From: a virus
Lineage: Duplodnaviria > Caudoviricetes
DNA length: 60,237 nt
Reading direction: 5' to 3' (one strand)
Virus record (IMG/VR): IMGVR_UViG_3300032048_000003
Location: 1-60,237 of that record
Shown: positions 27,212 to 37,351 of the stretch, in pieces
Layout of the letters: each line of letters starts with the position of its first letter
Numbering within the stretch: the stretch's first letter is position 1
Position numbers and translations under genes: made by a program
Notes under the pieces: generated by a model
Told to the model about the DNA's origin: nothing
The model's input: the letters and a program-made list of their open reading frames with translations, nothing else
Databases searched by the model: none

Positions 27212-28150
27212 ATGTCAGATAATATATTATGGGTTGAGGCATATAGACCTCAAAGGGTATCAGACTGTATTCTTCCCAATCATTTGAAAGAACCATTTCA
27301 AGCATTTGTAGATAAAGGTAATATTCCTAATCTATTATTGAGTGGAGGACCAGGTGTAGGTAAGACAACAATTGCTAAAGCAATGTGTAAAGAAATCGGT
27401 CTAGATTATCTTGTTGTGAATGGCTCACAAGAATCAGGTATAGATTTATTGAGAGTTAAATTAGAAAATTATTGTAGCAGTGTTTCGTTATTAGGTGGTA
27501 GAAAAGTTGTAATTATTGATGAGGCGGATTATTTAAATCCACAATCAACCCAACCAGCATTAAGGGGGTTTATTGAAAGATTCTCAGAAAATTGTAGTTT
27601 CATTTTTACTTGCAATTATATACATAGGATTATTGATCCTATTCATTCTCGGACTTCAGTAATTGAGTTTAAAATAGATAAAAAGGATGCTCCTAAAATA
27701 GCATCTCAAATGTTAGATAGGGCTAAAGAAATTCTTGATGAAAGTAATGTCAATTATAATGAGAAGGTTCTTGTTGAATTGATAATGAGGTATTATCCAG
27801 ATTTTAGGAGAACTTTAAATGAATTACAGCGATATAGTAGTACAGGAAGCATTGATAGTGGGATTCTCAGTCAATTGGGCGATTCTAACTTTCTTGCTCT
27901 TATTAATGCATTAAAAGAAAAGAATTTTTCCAATGTTCGTAAATGGGTAAATGATTCAAGTCATACAGATCCAAGGAATATATATAGACAATTATATGAT
28001 AATCTACATGAACATTTAACAGCTAATACGTTACCACCAATTATTTTATTGTTAGCAGATTATCAATATAAATCTGCATTTGCCGCCGACCAACAAATTA
28101 ATTTAACAGCATGTTTGATTGAGATAATGGTTGAAGGGAATTGGCAATGA
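27212..28150 (+). CDS. gp44: clamp loader large subunit gp44
   Basis: LWVEAYRP, GPGVGKT, IIDEAD. Confidence 0.95.
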   Translation: MSDNILWVEAYRPQRVSDCILPNHLKEPFQAFVDKGNIPNLLLSGGPGVGKTTIAKAMCKEIGLDYLVVNGSQESGIDLLRVKLENYCSSVSLLGGRKVVIIDEADYLNPQSTQPALRGFIERFSENCSFIFTCNYIHRIIDPIHSRTSVIEFKIDKKDAPKIASQMLDRAKEILDESNVNYNEKVLVELIMRYYPDFRRTLNELQRYSSTGSIDSGILSQLGDSNFLALINALKEKNFSNVRKWVNDSSHTDPRNIYRQLYDNLHEHLTANTLPPIILLLADYQYKSAFAADQQINLTACLIEIMVEGNWQ

Positions 28151-28566
28151 ATCCATTTGATTTTGTAAAAGATATAAACTATAAGAAGAAGGATTTACTG
28201 AAAGATGATCCTGATGGACACTTAGAACGCGAATACAAGTCATTTTTAATTAATAGAACGTTAAGTTTTACCTCCGATACGGCCCTTCATGCTAATGAAA
28301 TGAACATACGCCCGTTTCTAGATAATAAACTTCAATACCATTATTTGCTAAATATCATTAGACCCAAGAACAGATTTGGTCGATGGTTAAAGGCTGAGAA
28401 GTACGAAGCTATAGATCTTATCGTTGAATATTATGGATATTCCTTTCAAAAAGCAAGAGAGGTCATTGATATATTCACAGATGAGGATTTGAGAATTCTT
28501 AAGCAAAAATTATTTACAGGTGGATTGAAGGAGCACGATGAATATAGAGGTCGAAGCACTCGTTGA
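28147..28566 (+). CDS. gp62: clamp loader small subunit gp62
   Basis: FLINRTLS, ANEMN, EYYGYS; synteny. Confidence 0.9.
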   Translation: MNPFDFVKDINYKKKDLLKDDPDGHLEREYKSFLINRTLSFTSDTALHANEMNIRPFLDNKLQYHYLLNIIRPKNRFGRWLKAEKYEAIDLIVEYYGYSFQKAREVIDIFTDEDLRILKQKLFTGGLKEHDEYRGRSTR

Positions 28567-28972
28567 AATCATATTAAAACAACCAGATGATTTTTTAAAA
28601 GTAAAAGAGACTTTAACAAGGATTGGTGTAGCATCTAAGAAAGATAAGACGTTATATCAGAGTTGTCATATTTTACATAAGCAAAGTCGATACTATATTG
28701 TTCATTTTAAAGAGTTGTTTATGTTAGATGGAAAACCATCTAACTTTTCTGATAATGATGCAGCGAGACGTAATACAATAGTTAATTTATTATCAGAATG
28801 GGATTTAGTTCAAATTGTTGATAATGATAAGGTTAAAGATAATGTAGTTCCAATTAATCAGTTAAAAATTATATCTTTTAAAGAAAAAGATGAATGGAAC
28901 TTAGTAGCTAAATATAATATTGGAAATAAAAAAAGTGATGATGCTAAAGTTGAAAATACACAAATTATATGA
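28538..28972 (+). CDS. regA: translational repressor RegA
   Basis: DDFLKVKETLTRIG, CHILHK, YYIVHFKE. Confidence 0.95.
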   Translation: MNIEVEALVEIILKQPDDFLKVKETLTRIGVASKKDKTLYQSCHILHKQSRYYIVHFKELFMLDGKPSNFSDNDAARRNTIVNLLSEWDLVQIVDNDKVKDNVVPINQLKIISFKEKDEWNLVAKYNIGNKKSDDAKVENTQII

Positions 28973-29444
28973 TGATGTTATCCTTCCAAGCTTTTCCACA
29001 AGAGGTGCGGCATGCTTTGATATACATGCATATTATAAACCTGAATTAGGATATAAAGTTTGGAACGATGATAGGAAGAAGTTTATTGATAGAAAAGATT
29101 CTTCCATTACAATACATCCATTTCAAAGAGTATTAATTCCAACCGGAATGATCTTAGATATTCCGCCGGGACATTCAGTAAGAATACATCCAAGATCTGG
29201 AACAGCAATTAAACAAGGTTTGAGTTTAATTAATTGTGAAGGAGTAATTGATTATGATTATGTGGAACCATTATTTATTGCTTGCATAAATTTATCAGAT
29301 ATTCAGACAGTCGTTATAAATAATGGTGATAGGATCGCTCAGGGCGAACTTGTCAGGGAACTTCAATATGATATTGATGAAACATCTACTAAACCTCTAC
29401 AAAAAACCGACCGCGATGGTGGTTTTGGGAGTACTGGTAAATGA
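28920..29444 (+). CDS. dut: trimeric dUTPase
   Basis: AACFD, PRSG, GVIDYDY, DRIAQ, RDGGFGSTG. Confidence 0.93.
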   Translation: MEIKKVMMLKLKIHKLYDDVILPSFSTRGAACFDIHAYYKPELGYKVWNDDRKKFIDRKDSSITIHPFQRVLIPTGMILDIPPGHSVRIHPRSGTAIKQGLSLINCEGVIDYDYVEPLFIACINLSDIQTVVINNGDRIAQGELVRELQYDIDETSTKPLQKTDRDGGFGSTGK

Positions 29445-29635
29445 GTAGATTTAAAGTTTTAGGGCACAGTTACGACTTAGAAATATACGAAGAAGTTTTA
29501 ACTGATCCTGAAAAAGGTACTATTGAATTCGACGAGGTCGGAGTGTATAGTGCCAACTCCATACTAACTCTAGTATGGATTGTTCTTAAACATCGGTTTG
29601 AACATCTGCTCGCTGGTGAGGGATGGAGAGACTGA
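29441..29635 (+). CDS. hypothetical protein
   Basis: Coupled ORF. Confidence 0.5.
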   Translation: MSRFKVLGHSYDLEIYEEVLTDPEKGTIEFDEVGVYSANSILTLVWIVLKHRFEHLLAGEGWRD

Positions 29636-29661
29636 TAATCTTGCTTAATTAAGGAGATAAT

Positions 29662-30132
29662 ATGTTACATACAAACGCAATTTCACTGTTCAATAATCCC
29701 AAACATTTTGAAACCATGTTACAAACCTCATTAGGGTTTGAACACATGTTTGACAGATTATTTGGGGACTTATCTAATTTTCACCAACAAAATTCTTCAG
29801 GTTATCCACCTTATAACTTGAAAAAAGAAGGAGAACATTATATAATAGAGTTAGCAGTTGCTGGACTCAGTGAAAAAGATATTAAAGTGAACGTTGAAGC
29901 CGGCGTTTTAACCGTCGAGTCAACAGGTAAGGATTTTACCAAAGAACCAGAAAATGAATTTCTTCATCAAGGAATTGCAAGACGAAATTTCAAACGTTCT
30001 TGGACTCTTTCCGATGATATTGTTATTAAGGGAGCAGCTCTTAATAATGGTATGTTAACAGTTTCAATGGAAAAGATTATTCCTGAAGAACAAATGATTA
30101 GACAAATTCCGATTGTTACAAATCAGAAATAA
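29662..30132 (+). CDS. small heat-shock protein Hsp20 (IbpA-like)
   Basis: YPPYN, IELAVAG, HQGIARRNF, NGML. Confidence 0.93.
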   Translation: MLHTNAISLFNNPKHFETMLQTSLGFEHMFDRLFGDLSNFHQQNSSGYPPYNLKKEGEHYIIELAVAGLSEKDIKVNVEAGVLTVESTGKDFTKEPENEFLHQGIARRNFKRSWTLSDDIVIKGAALNNGMLTVSMEKIIPEEQMIRQIPIVTNQK

Positions 30133-30139
30133 ATTCGAC

Positions 30140-30174
30140 GGGTCGTTGGGATAAATACTTTAAACCAACGACCT
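30140..30174 (+). promoter_or_regulatory. hairpin with a late promoter (GATAAATA) in its loop
   Basis: GGTCGTTGG ... CCAACGACC, just upstream of the endolysin RBS AGGAG (30181). Confidence 0.65.
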
Positions 30175-30190
30175 CATAATAGGAGTGAAA

Positions 30191-30676
30191 GTGAACGAAG
30201 CCGAAGATATTAGAGTCGCACAGAACTTTACTTTACCTGAATTAATTAAAAGTTCAACAGCAGACAGAATGGGCATTAGTAATGATCCTGCTACAGATCA
30301 AGTATTAGTTAATCTTACTAACGTAGCAAATCATATTTTACAACCGGTCCGAGATAAGTTTGGTCCGATTCGTGTAAATAGTGGTTACAGGGGGCCTGAT
30401 TTAAATAAGGCAGTGGGTGGATCAAAAACTAGTCAACACTGTAACGGTGAAGCGGCAGATTTTGAATGTTCCAGAGTTGGTAATGACGAATTAGCAGAAT
30501 GGGTCAGAGATAATTTAGAATTTGATCAATTAATTTTAGAATTTTATCAGCAGGGCAAACCATCAAGTGGATGGGTACATTGTTCTTATAAAACAGATGG
30601 CAATAATCGTGGAAAGGTTATGACAGCTTTGAGAGTCAATGGAAAGACTTCTTATAAAGAAGGATTAATTAAATGA
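30191..30676 (+). CDS. peptidase M15-family endolysin
   Basis: SGYR..LN.AVGG..SQH.GEAAD, WVHCSY. Confidence 0.88.
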   Translation: MNEAEDIRVAQNFTLPELIKSSTADRMGISNDPATDQVLVNLTNVANHILQPVRDKFGPIRVNSGYRGPDLNKAVGGSKTSQHCNGEAADFECSRVGNDELAEWVRDNLEFDQLILEFYQQGKPSSGWVHCSYKTDGNNRGKVMTALRVNGKTSYKEGLIK

Positions 30677-30685
30677 GGATTTTAA

Positions 30686-30847
30686 ATGAAATATCTCATA
30701 CTATGTTATCTCCAAGTTCTCTATACAGTTGGTGCTTTTAGAGATCGAAGATGTTGGATTGATGACCAAATATTATGGTGTTATACTAAGTTAGAAACTT
30801 ACGGACACAAAATAGATAGCCGATATTATTACAAACATACTAAATGA
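30686..30847 (+). CDS. 53-aa hypothetical protein
   Basis: Manually read ORF with GAGG upstream; stop overlaps the gp43 start. Confidence 0.4.
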   Translation: MKYLILCYLQVLYTVGAFRDRRCWIDDQILWCYTKLETYGHKIDSRYYYKHTK

Positions 30848-33348
30848 AATTTTATACTAATGTACATCAGATTGGTGATCATATATTAGTAAGAGGATAT
30901 GAGAATGGTCAGAAGTTTGATGACCGTGTTGAATACCATCCTACTATCTTTATACCTTCCAGAGAAAAATCCAAATATAAAACTATTGATGGAAAACCTT
31001 TGGCTCCTATTAAACCAGGAACAATAAAGGAAACCAGAGACTTTATTCGTAAGTATGACGGAGTTGAAAACTTTCAAATACACGGAATGAATGCTTATAG
31101 GTATAGTTGGATATATGATAACTTTCCGAAGGATAAGGGAATCGATTATGATTTTTCCTTATTAACAATTGCAACTATTGATATCGAAGTCGGCTCCGCA
31201 CATGGATTTCCTGATCCTATATCTGCGATTGAAGAAGTACAAGCGATTACCATTGGGACTGGTGGAAAATATTCTGTTTTTGGTTGTGGTGAGTTTAATA
31301 GTAATGAGGAGAATGTAGAATATTTTCAATGTTCAGATGAAAATCATTTAATTCAAGAATTTATTTCATTTTGGGAAAAACTAGCACCAGATATTATTAC
31401 AGGTTGGAATATACAAGGATTTGATATTCCTTATTTGTATAATAGAATAGTTAGATTATATAGTGTTAAAGAAGCACGCAGGTTATCGCCATGGAACAGA
31501 ATTCATGAACGGGCTACCAATTTTCGTGGAAAGGAAGTTATCTTTCATGATCTCATCGGAATTGCTGTTATCGATTATATTGATGTTTATAGAAGGAATT
31601 CTCCTCCAGCAGAAAGTTATAGGTTAGATTATATTGCTTCAATTGAATTAGGAGAAAGAAAATTATCGTTTGAAGAGTATGGTAATCTTTTTACATTATA
31701 CAAAGAAAATTTCCAAAAGTTTATTGAATATAATATTAAAGACGTACAATTAGTTGAGAGATTAGAAGAAAAGAAAAAGTTAATTGAAATGGTAGTTGCT
31801 CTCGCATATGAAGCAAAAGTAAATTATCAAGACACATTTGGAATGGTTATGATGTGGGAAGTGATCCTCGCAAATGACTTAATGAATAGAAACATTGTAG
31901 TCCCACCAAAGAGAGATAATACAAAAAATAAAGCATATACTGGCGCGTATGTAAAAGAAGTGCAAACCGGTATGCATAAATGGGTTGTCAGCTTTGATTT
32001 AAATAGCCTATATCCTCATTTAATTATGCAATACAATGTAAGTCCTGAAACTATTTTAACAGGAGTTACACAACAATGTGGTGTAGAAAATTTATTGGAA
32101 AAGAGAATTGATCTAAGTAATTTCTATGAAAAAGATATTATTATCGCTGCTAGTGGTCAAGCTTTCAAAAAAGATGAACAAGGATTCTTACCAAGATTGA
32201 TGCAAGAGAAATATAATAATCGAGTCATTTTTAAAAAGAAGGAAATTGCAGCTAAGAAAAAATTAGAAAAAGAAAAAGATCCGATTGAGATAGAAAAATT
32301 AAAAAAAGAAGCAGATTCATTTGGCAATAAACAAACTGCTATGAAATTAATGCTTAATAGTGTTTATGGCGCTTTTGGTAACCCTTATTTTAGATTCTAT
32401 GATTTAAGAATTTCAGAAGCTATTACATTAGGGGGTCAGCTCAGTATCAGATGGGCTGAAACGACAGTCAATAATTATCTCAATCAAATATTGGAAACAA
32501 AGGAGGTTGATTATGTATTGGCATCAGACACTGACTCCCTCTATATTACTTTAGATGATCTAGTTTCAAAAGTATTTCCTGAAGATCCAGAAACAACAAA
32601 AGTTATTGATTTCTTAGATAAAGTATGTGAAGATAAAATAACAAAGATAATTGATTCAGGATATGATGATTTAGCTAAGTATATGAATTGTTATGATCAG
32701 AAGATGTTTATGAAAAGAGAATGTCTTGCTGACAAGGGTATTTGGACAGGAAAGAAACATTATATTCTTAATGTCCATGATAATGAAGGTGTTAGATATG
32801 CAAATCCCCGAATTAAGGTTATGGGGATTGAATCTGTTAAATCATCAACTCCTACATCTTGTAGAGATAAATTAAAAAAGTCTTTTGACATTATTATTAA
32901 TCAAGATGAAGAAGCTATACAAAAATTCATTGCAGATTTTAGAGTGCAGTTTGAAAAGGAACCTATTGAGAACATCGCTTTTCCTAGATCTGTTAAAGGA
33001 ATTGAAAAGTATAATGGTGGAGTAGATTTATATGCTAAAGGAACACCTGTACATGTAAAAGCAACACGCTTATATAATCATTTTTTGAAACAGAAGAATT
33101 TACAAAATAAGTATCCTGTTATTCAGGAAGGTGAAAAAATTAAGTTTGTTTATTTAAAACAACCTAATCCTATTAGGGATGGGGTCATAGCCATGATGGA
33201 AGGCTTGCCTGAAGAGTTCGGACTGCATGCTTATATTGATTATGAGAAGCAATTTGAGAAATCTTTTGGAGGTCCTTTAAATGAAATTTTAAAGGTAATT
33301 GGATGGTCCCCTGAAAAAAGAAGTACATTAGAAGCGTTTTTTATTTGA
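30844..33348 (+). CDS. gp43: family B DNA polymerase gp43
   Basis: DIE exonuclease, FDLNSLYPH, KLMLNSVYG, SDTDS, KKHY. Confidence 0.97.
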   Translation: MKFYTNVHQIGDHILVRGYENGQKFDDRVEYHPTIFIPSREKSKYKTIDGKPLAPIKPGTIKETRDFIRKYDGVENFQIHGMNAYRYSWIYDNFPKDKGIDYDFSLLTIATIDIEVGSAHGFPDPISAIEEVQAITIGTGGKYSVFGCGEFNSNEENVEYFQCSDENHLIQEFISFWEKLAPDIITGWNIQGFDIPYLYNRIVRLYSVKEARRLSPWNRIHERATNFRGKEVIFHDLIGIAVIDYIDVYRRNSPPAESYRLDYIASIELGERKLSFEEYGNLFTLYKENFQKFIEYNIKDVQLVERLEEKKKLIEMVVALAYEAKVNYQDTFGMVMMWEVILANDLMNRNIVVPPKRDNTKNKAYTGAYVKEVQTGMHKWVVSFDLNSLYPHLIMQYNVSPETILTGVTQQCGVENLLEKRIDLSNFYEKDIIIAASGQAFKKDEQGFLPRLMQEKYNNRVIFKKKEIAAKKKLEKEKDPIEIEKLKKEADSFGNKQTAMKLMLNSVYGAFGNPYFRFYDLRISEAITLGGQLSIRWAETTVNNYLNQILETKEVDYVLASDTDSLYITLDDLVSKVFPEDPETTKVIDFLDKVCEDKITKIIDSGYDDLAKYMNCYDQKMFMKRECLADKGIWTGKKHYILNVHDNEGVRYANPRIKVMGIESVKSSTPTSCRDKLKKSFDIIINQDEEAIQKFIADFRVQFEKEPIENIAFPRSVKGIEKYNGGVDLYAKGTPVHVKATRLYNHFLKQKNLQNKYPVIQEGEKIKFVYLKQPNPIRDGVIAMMEGLPEEFGLHAYIDYEKQFEKSFGGPLNEILKVIGWSPEKRSTLEAFFI

Positions 33349-33372
33349 TAAATATAGTATGGAGATTTTGTT

Positions 33373-33855
33373 ATGAATAAATTATGGTACACTTGGCAAG
33401 AAATGTGTTTAGATGTAAATCAACTTTGTAGAGAGATTACATTAGACCATTTTGAACCAGACGTGATCGTGGGTTTAAGCAGAGGAGGTCTAACGCCCGG
33501 CGTTATGATGTCTCATTGGTTAAAGAAGCCTTTTAAGCCCGTGAAAAGCTCTCTCAGAGACTTTCCAGAATGGGAAGAATATCTTCCTAGAAAGACTGAT
33601 GAAAGAGTTCTAATAGTAGATGACATATGTGATAGTGGTGAAACGTTTGAACGTATATCATCTTTTATTAAGGGCCCAAGAAAGGATCAGCCCTTAGAAA
33701 TCAGTTGTGATGTAAAGTTTGCATCCCTCTGGTGGAATAACGAGGTCAATTTTGAACCTCATTATTACGTAAGGGAGGTCGCAAAGGACACTGAGAATCT
33801 ATGGATACATTTTCCGTGGGAATCATGGTGGTCAGCACCTCTGACATTTAATTAA
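33373..33855 (+). CDS. type I phosphoribosyltransferase (Gpt/Hpt-like)
   Basis: GLSRGG, LIVDDICDSGET, WIHFPWE. Confidence 0.88.
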   Translation: MNKLWYTWQEMCLDVNQLCREITLDHFEPDVIVGLSRGGLTPGVMMSHWLKKPFKPVKSSLRDFPEWEEYLPRKTDERVLIVDDICDSGETFERISSFIKGPRKDQPLEISCDVKFASLWWNNEVNFEPHYYVREVAKDTENLWIHFPWESWWSAPLTFN

Positions 33856-33874
33856 CAATTTAATAGGAAAATTC

Positions 33875-34096
33875 ATGTTAGATAAAGCACTCGGTTGGAT
33901 TAGAGGTATAACCGAACTAGGTCTTGCAATAATTGCCCTTGGAGTTGTTCTTCAGATAATTTTTGGTGCAGCAGTGCCGTTTCTCGGAATGGATATCGTG
34001 GGTTCAGTTGTGTCACTCGTAAAACAATTAGGAGCCGAAGGTTTAATTGGCTTAGTTGCAATATGGGTGCTCTGGGGAATATACGAAAAGAAGTAA
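33875..34096 (+). CDS. small membrane protein
   Basis: Two hydrophobic helices. Confidence 0.65.
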   Translation: MLDKALGWIRGITELGLAIIALGVVLQIIFGAAVPFLGMDIVGSVVSLVKQLGAEGLIGLVAIWVLWGIYEKK

Positions 34097-34110
34097 GACA
34101 ATAAAAAAAT

Positions 34111-34135
34111 AAAAGGCTCTTTCGGGAGCCTTTTT
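34111..34135 (+). terminator. intrinsic terminator (bidirectional-type)
   Basis: AAAAGGCTC-TTTCGG-GAGCCTTTTT. Confidence 0.85.
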
Positions 34136-34218
34136 ATACGCGAGAGCGGTGAAGGGGTTGGAAGACCCGTTAATAATGAGCGAGAGAAATTAACAAACAC
34201 TTTTCTTGGAAGGAGAAA

Positions 34219-35310
34219 ATGAAAAAATTAATTTCAATTTTTATAATTTTGGTTGCAGTCGCAACCTTATTTGGTATTACGGCAGTTGGTAAGAAATTGC
34301 CTTCAGTTGGTTATGTTCTAGTGGGACCAAAAAACGATGGCGGATGGTCAATGAGACATTATCATGGATTCATGTCATTAAAAAAACATGGTTATAACGT
34401 AGCTGGTGTCGAAATGGTGCCAGAATCAGAATCAACAAAAGTATTTCGTAAACTTGCCAGAAAACATGATATTGTATTTGCTACCTCATTCGGTTATATG
34501 GATGGAATGGTGAAGGCTGCAGAAAAAGCACCAGATACAATTTTCATGCATGCCACGGGTTACAAGGGCAATGATACAAATATGGACAACTACGTTTGTC
34601 ACTCATTTCAAGCACGATACCTAACAGGGATTGCAGCTGGAATGTTGACAAAGACAAATAAAATTGGTGTAGTGGGTTCACATCCAATACCTGAAATCAT
34701 TCGTAATATTAATGCACTTACACTTGGTGCACAAACAGTAAATCCTGATATTGAAGTTTCTATAGTATGGATAAATTCTTGGTTTGATCCACCTAAAGAT
34801 ATGGATGCGGCCAAGGCTCTTCTTGATGCAGGAAATGATATACTCTATACAACAACCGATTCACCTAGTGTAGTTGCTCTTGCTCAACAAGCATGGAAAA
34901 CTAATGGTAAAGAAGTTTGGAGTATGGGTAATGATGCACCTATGGGAAGTAACGGCCCAGACCGATACATCACAGGAATGATGTTCAACTGGAATGTTCT
35001 TTACAAAACAATTGTTGATCAACTTGCAGCTGGAAAACTCAAAATGAACCAGAGATGGAATTGGGGCTTACAAGAAAATTGTGTAGGTCTATCGCCATGG
35101 GGTAAGAATGTTCCGGGTGAAGTTGTTAATAAAGTTGAAACTGTCAAGATGCAATGGATTCAAGATGATCTGGATACATACTTTCCTTTTGATCAAGGAA
35201 TCACAAAAGCTGATGGAAGCACAGTTGGTAAAGGTGAAATTGCTAGACCTCAAATAGAAACTATGCAATATTTTGTTAAAGGGGTTGTTTCCCGATTTCC
35301 CTCAAAATAA
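34219..35310 (+). CDS. BMP-family (purine nucleoside) solute-binding protein
   Basis: Signal peptide; VGPKNDGGW, ATSFGY, HATGYK, RYLTGIAAG, SWFDP. Confidence 0.9.
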   Translation: MKKLISIFIILVAVATLFGITAVGKKLPSVGYVLVGPKNDGGWSMRHYHGFMSLKKHGYNVAGVEMVPESESTKVFRKLARKHDIVFATSFGYMDGMVKAAEKAPDTIFMHATGYKGNDTNMDNYVCHSFQARYLTGIAAGMLTKTNKIGVVGSHPIPEIIRNINALTLGAQTVNPDIEVSIVWINSWFDPPKDMDAAKALLDAGNDILYTTTDSPSVVALAQQAWKTNGKEVWSMGNDAPMGSNGPDRYITGMMFNWNVLYKTIVDQLAAGKLKMNQRWNWGLQENCVGLSPWGKNVPGEVVNKVETVKMQWIQDDLDTYFPFDQGITKADGSTVGKGEIARPQIETMQYFVKGVVSRFPSK

Positions 35311-35327
35311 TATAATGAAAGGTATAT

Positions 35328-36461
35328 ATGGAAGGCTTATTTGAAAGCATTCTGACCGCAATAGCGGTTGTTATTAATGGCATACCACAGGGAATTTTAG
35401 CGTTAAGTTTTGGCTTCGCAGCTTTTCCTACGGCAATAGCATTTGTAATTGGTATTATTGGTTCGGCATTCTTTATGTCTGTCGCAACTATATCCTTTCA
35501 AGCAGAAACAATCACGTTAGCTGGTACTCTAGGTAATAATATAAAAGAAAGACTTTCTCTTATATTTTGGGGTGCCACCCTACTGTTGATTCCCTCTTTG
35601 CTTGGAATGAATGAAGCGTTAGTTAATTTTATTGGTCCACTAGTTGTCACATCAATGATGGCTGGAGTGGGTATTATGTTAGCGAATGTTTCTGTAGATT
35701 TGTTTAAGTCAGAAAAATGGACAGGAGGAGTATCTTTAATTAGTGCTTTACTTGCTTGGTTTTGGACCAAAGACTTAGCACAAACAATTATATGGTCCGT
35801 AAGTTTATCCACACTTTTTTATGTTGCATTAAAGTTTAATGCTGAATTGCGTGAAAAGTTAGGTGTCGTACTAGAAGAAATTGTAGTAGACAAATCACGC
35901 GAAAAGTTTACAACGGGCAACATTGAGTGGAAGTTTTGGACTAATAGAAACATTGTTATTGGTGCTTTATCATTAGCATGTTTAAACATTGGCGCCAATA
36001 TTTCATTTGGTAAAATTACTGGAAGTATTGCAGGGACTAATACAAATATAGATCATCTTGCAATTTATTCTAGTCTTGCAGATATGGGATCAGCATTCTT
36101 TGGTGGTGGCCCAGTTGAAGCGATAATTTCTGGAACCGCGGCCGCACCTATGCCAATAGTTGCATCTTGTATTATGATGGGAATTATGGCAGTCATTCTA
36201 TTAAGCAAAGCATTGCCTTTGATCGGGCAGTATGTACATAGAGCATCTATTGCAGGTTTTCTTTTTGTATTAGGTGTATTTGTTACCTTTGCTACAAATA
36301 TGGCTGGTGCTATTAGCATTGGTGGAACTTTTGCAGGACCATATGGATTTGGACCAGCAGGAATGGTAATTGGTTCCGCAGCATTTGTAACTGCAAAATT
36401 TAATCCTTTTTATGGTTTGCTTGCAGGATTTGCTACAAGCCTAATCATGATGGGAGCTTAA
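35328..36461 (+). CDS. NCS2/xanthine-uracil permease-like transporter
   Basis: About 10-12 TM helices; SFQAE, FGGGPVEAIIS. Confidence 0.7.
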   Translation: MEGLFESILTAIAVVINGIPQGILALSFGFAAFPTAIAFVIGIIGSAFFMSVATISFQAETITLAGTLGNNIKERLSLIFWGATLLLIPSLLGMNEALVNFIGPLVVTSMMAGVGIMLANVSVDLFKSEKWTGGVSLISALLAWFWTKDLAQTIIWSVSLSTLFYVALKFNAELREKLGVVLEEIVVDKSREKFTTGNIEWKFWTNRNIVIGALSLACLNIGANISFGKITGSIAGTNTNIDHLAIYSSLADMGSAFFGGGPVEAIISGTAAAPMPIVASCIMMGIMAVILLSKALPLIGQYVHRASIAGFLFVLGVFVTFATNMAGAISIGGTFAGPYGFGPAGMVIGSAAFVTAKFNPFYGLLAGFATSLIMMGA

Positions 36462-36462
36462 T

Positions 36463-37038
36463 ATGGCTTGGGGAGAACCATTTACAGATGAGTTCTATGA
36501 ATTAAAAGTCGCAGGACTTATACGTAAGTTGCCCAAAGTCAAAATCAATGACGAGCTCGCTATTGCGAGCTTTGTCATATTGGGTGATACAGAATTAATA
36601 GAAGAATGTGCTGAAGCAATTATTCTTCTGAATGATTTTCCAAAGAAAGATGAAATTGATATTTTTTGTACACCAGAAGCAAAGGGAATACCATTGGTAC
36701 ATACCATTGCAAGAAGGTTAGGAAAAGATTATGTCATTGCAAGAAAATCTATCAAAGGATATATGGATGATCCTATGATAGAAAAAGTTCAATCTATCAC
36801 TACAATCGGCGCACAAACACTTGTCCTTGATAGGAGTGATGTTAAGAAATTAGAAGGAAAGAGAGTAGGTATTATTGATGATGTAGTATCTACAGGTGGT
36901 TCTTTGATAGGGCTTCAGACAATGTTAGAAAAAATTGATTGTTCTATTGTATGTAAAGCGGCAGTCTTATTGGAAGAGGCTGGATATGATAAAGGTGATA
37001 TACTTTATTTAGAAAAACTCCCAATTTTTAAACCATAA
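36463..37038 (+). CDS. adenine/purine phosphoribosyltransferase-like protein
   Basis: EAKGIPL, ARKS, IIDDVVSTGGS. Confidence 0.88.
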   Translation: MAWGEPFTDEFYELKVAGLIRKLPKVKINDELAIASFVILGDTELIEECAEAIILLNDFPKKDEIDIFCTPEAKGIPLVHTIARRLGKDYVIARKSIKGYMDDPMIEKVQSITTIGAQTLVLDRSDVKKLEGKRVGIIDDVVSTGGSLIGLQTMLEKIDCSIVCKAAVLLEEAGYDKGDILYLEKLPIFKP

Positions 37039-37102
37039 GGTTTTGTAGGATTGTACCTTAGAACAACCCTATTACACACAACACACACATAAAGGAGACA
37101 AT

Positions 37103-37333
37103 ATGTCTAATCCATATGAATTAAGATTTAGACTCTTAGAAATGGCATCGAGCTATCTCTATGACCAACAAGAAAGACAACGGGGCTTTGCCGTTGATGC
37201 ATGGGAATTTGCAAAAGAACAAGGTGAAGCAAATATGAAGTTATGGAAAGAACTTCAACCTGAATCCTTTACCATTGAGGATATTAAGACGAAGGCAACT
37301 GAACTCTACGAATTTGTTGAGAAAAAAGCCTAG
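37103..37333 (+). CDS. conserved T4-like small protein
   Basis: NPYELRFRLLEMA ... ATELYEFV; AAGGAG RBS. Confidence 0.7.
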   Translation: MSNPYELRFRLLEMASSYLYDQQERQRGFAVDAWEFAKEQGEANMKLWKELQPESFTIEDIKTKATELYEFVEKKA

Positions 37334-37351
37334 GTAAAATCAGGGAAATAA

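Noticed and set aside
30844-33348. Intron or intein in gp43 (also checked gp41 and nrdJ)
   Set aside because: ORFs are continuous, of normal length, and show no splice-junction motifs
34137-34218. Purine riboswitch upstream of the BMP gene
   Set aside because: Only a weak GGGT/ACCC hairpin; the purine riboswitch core is not recognisable
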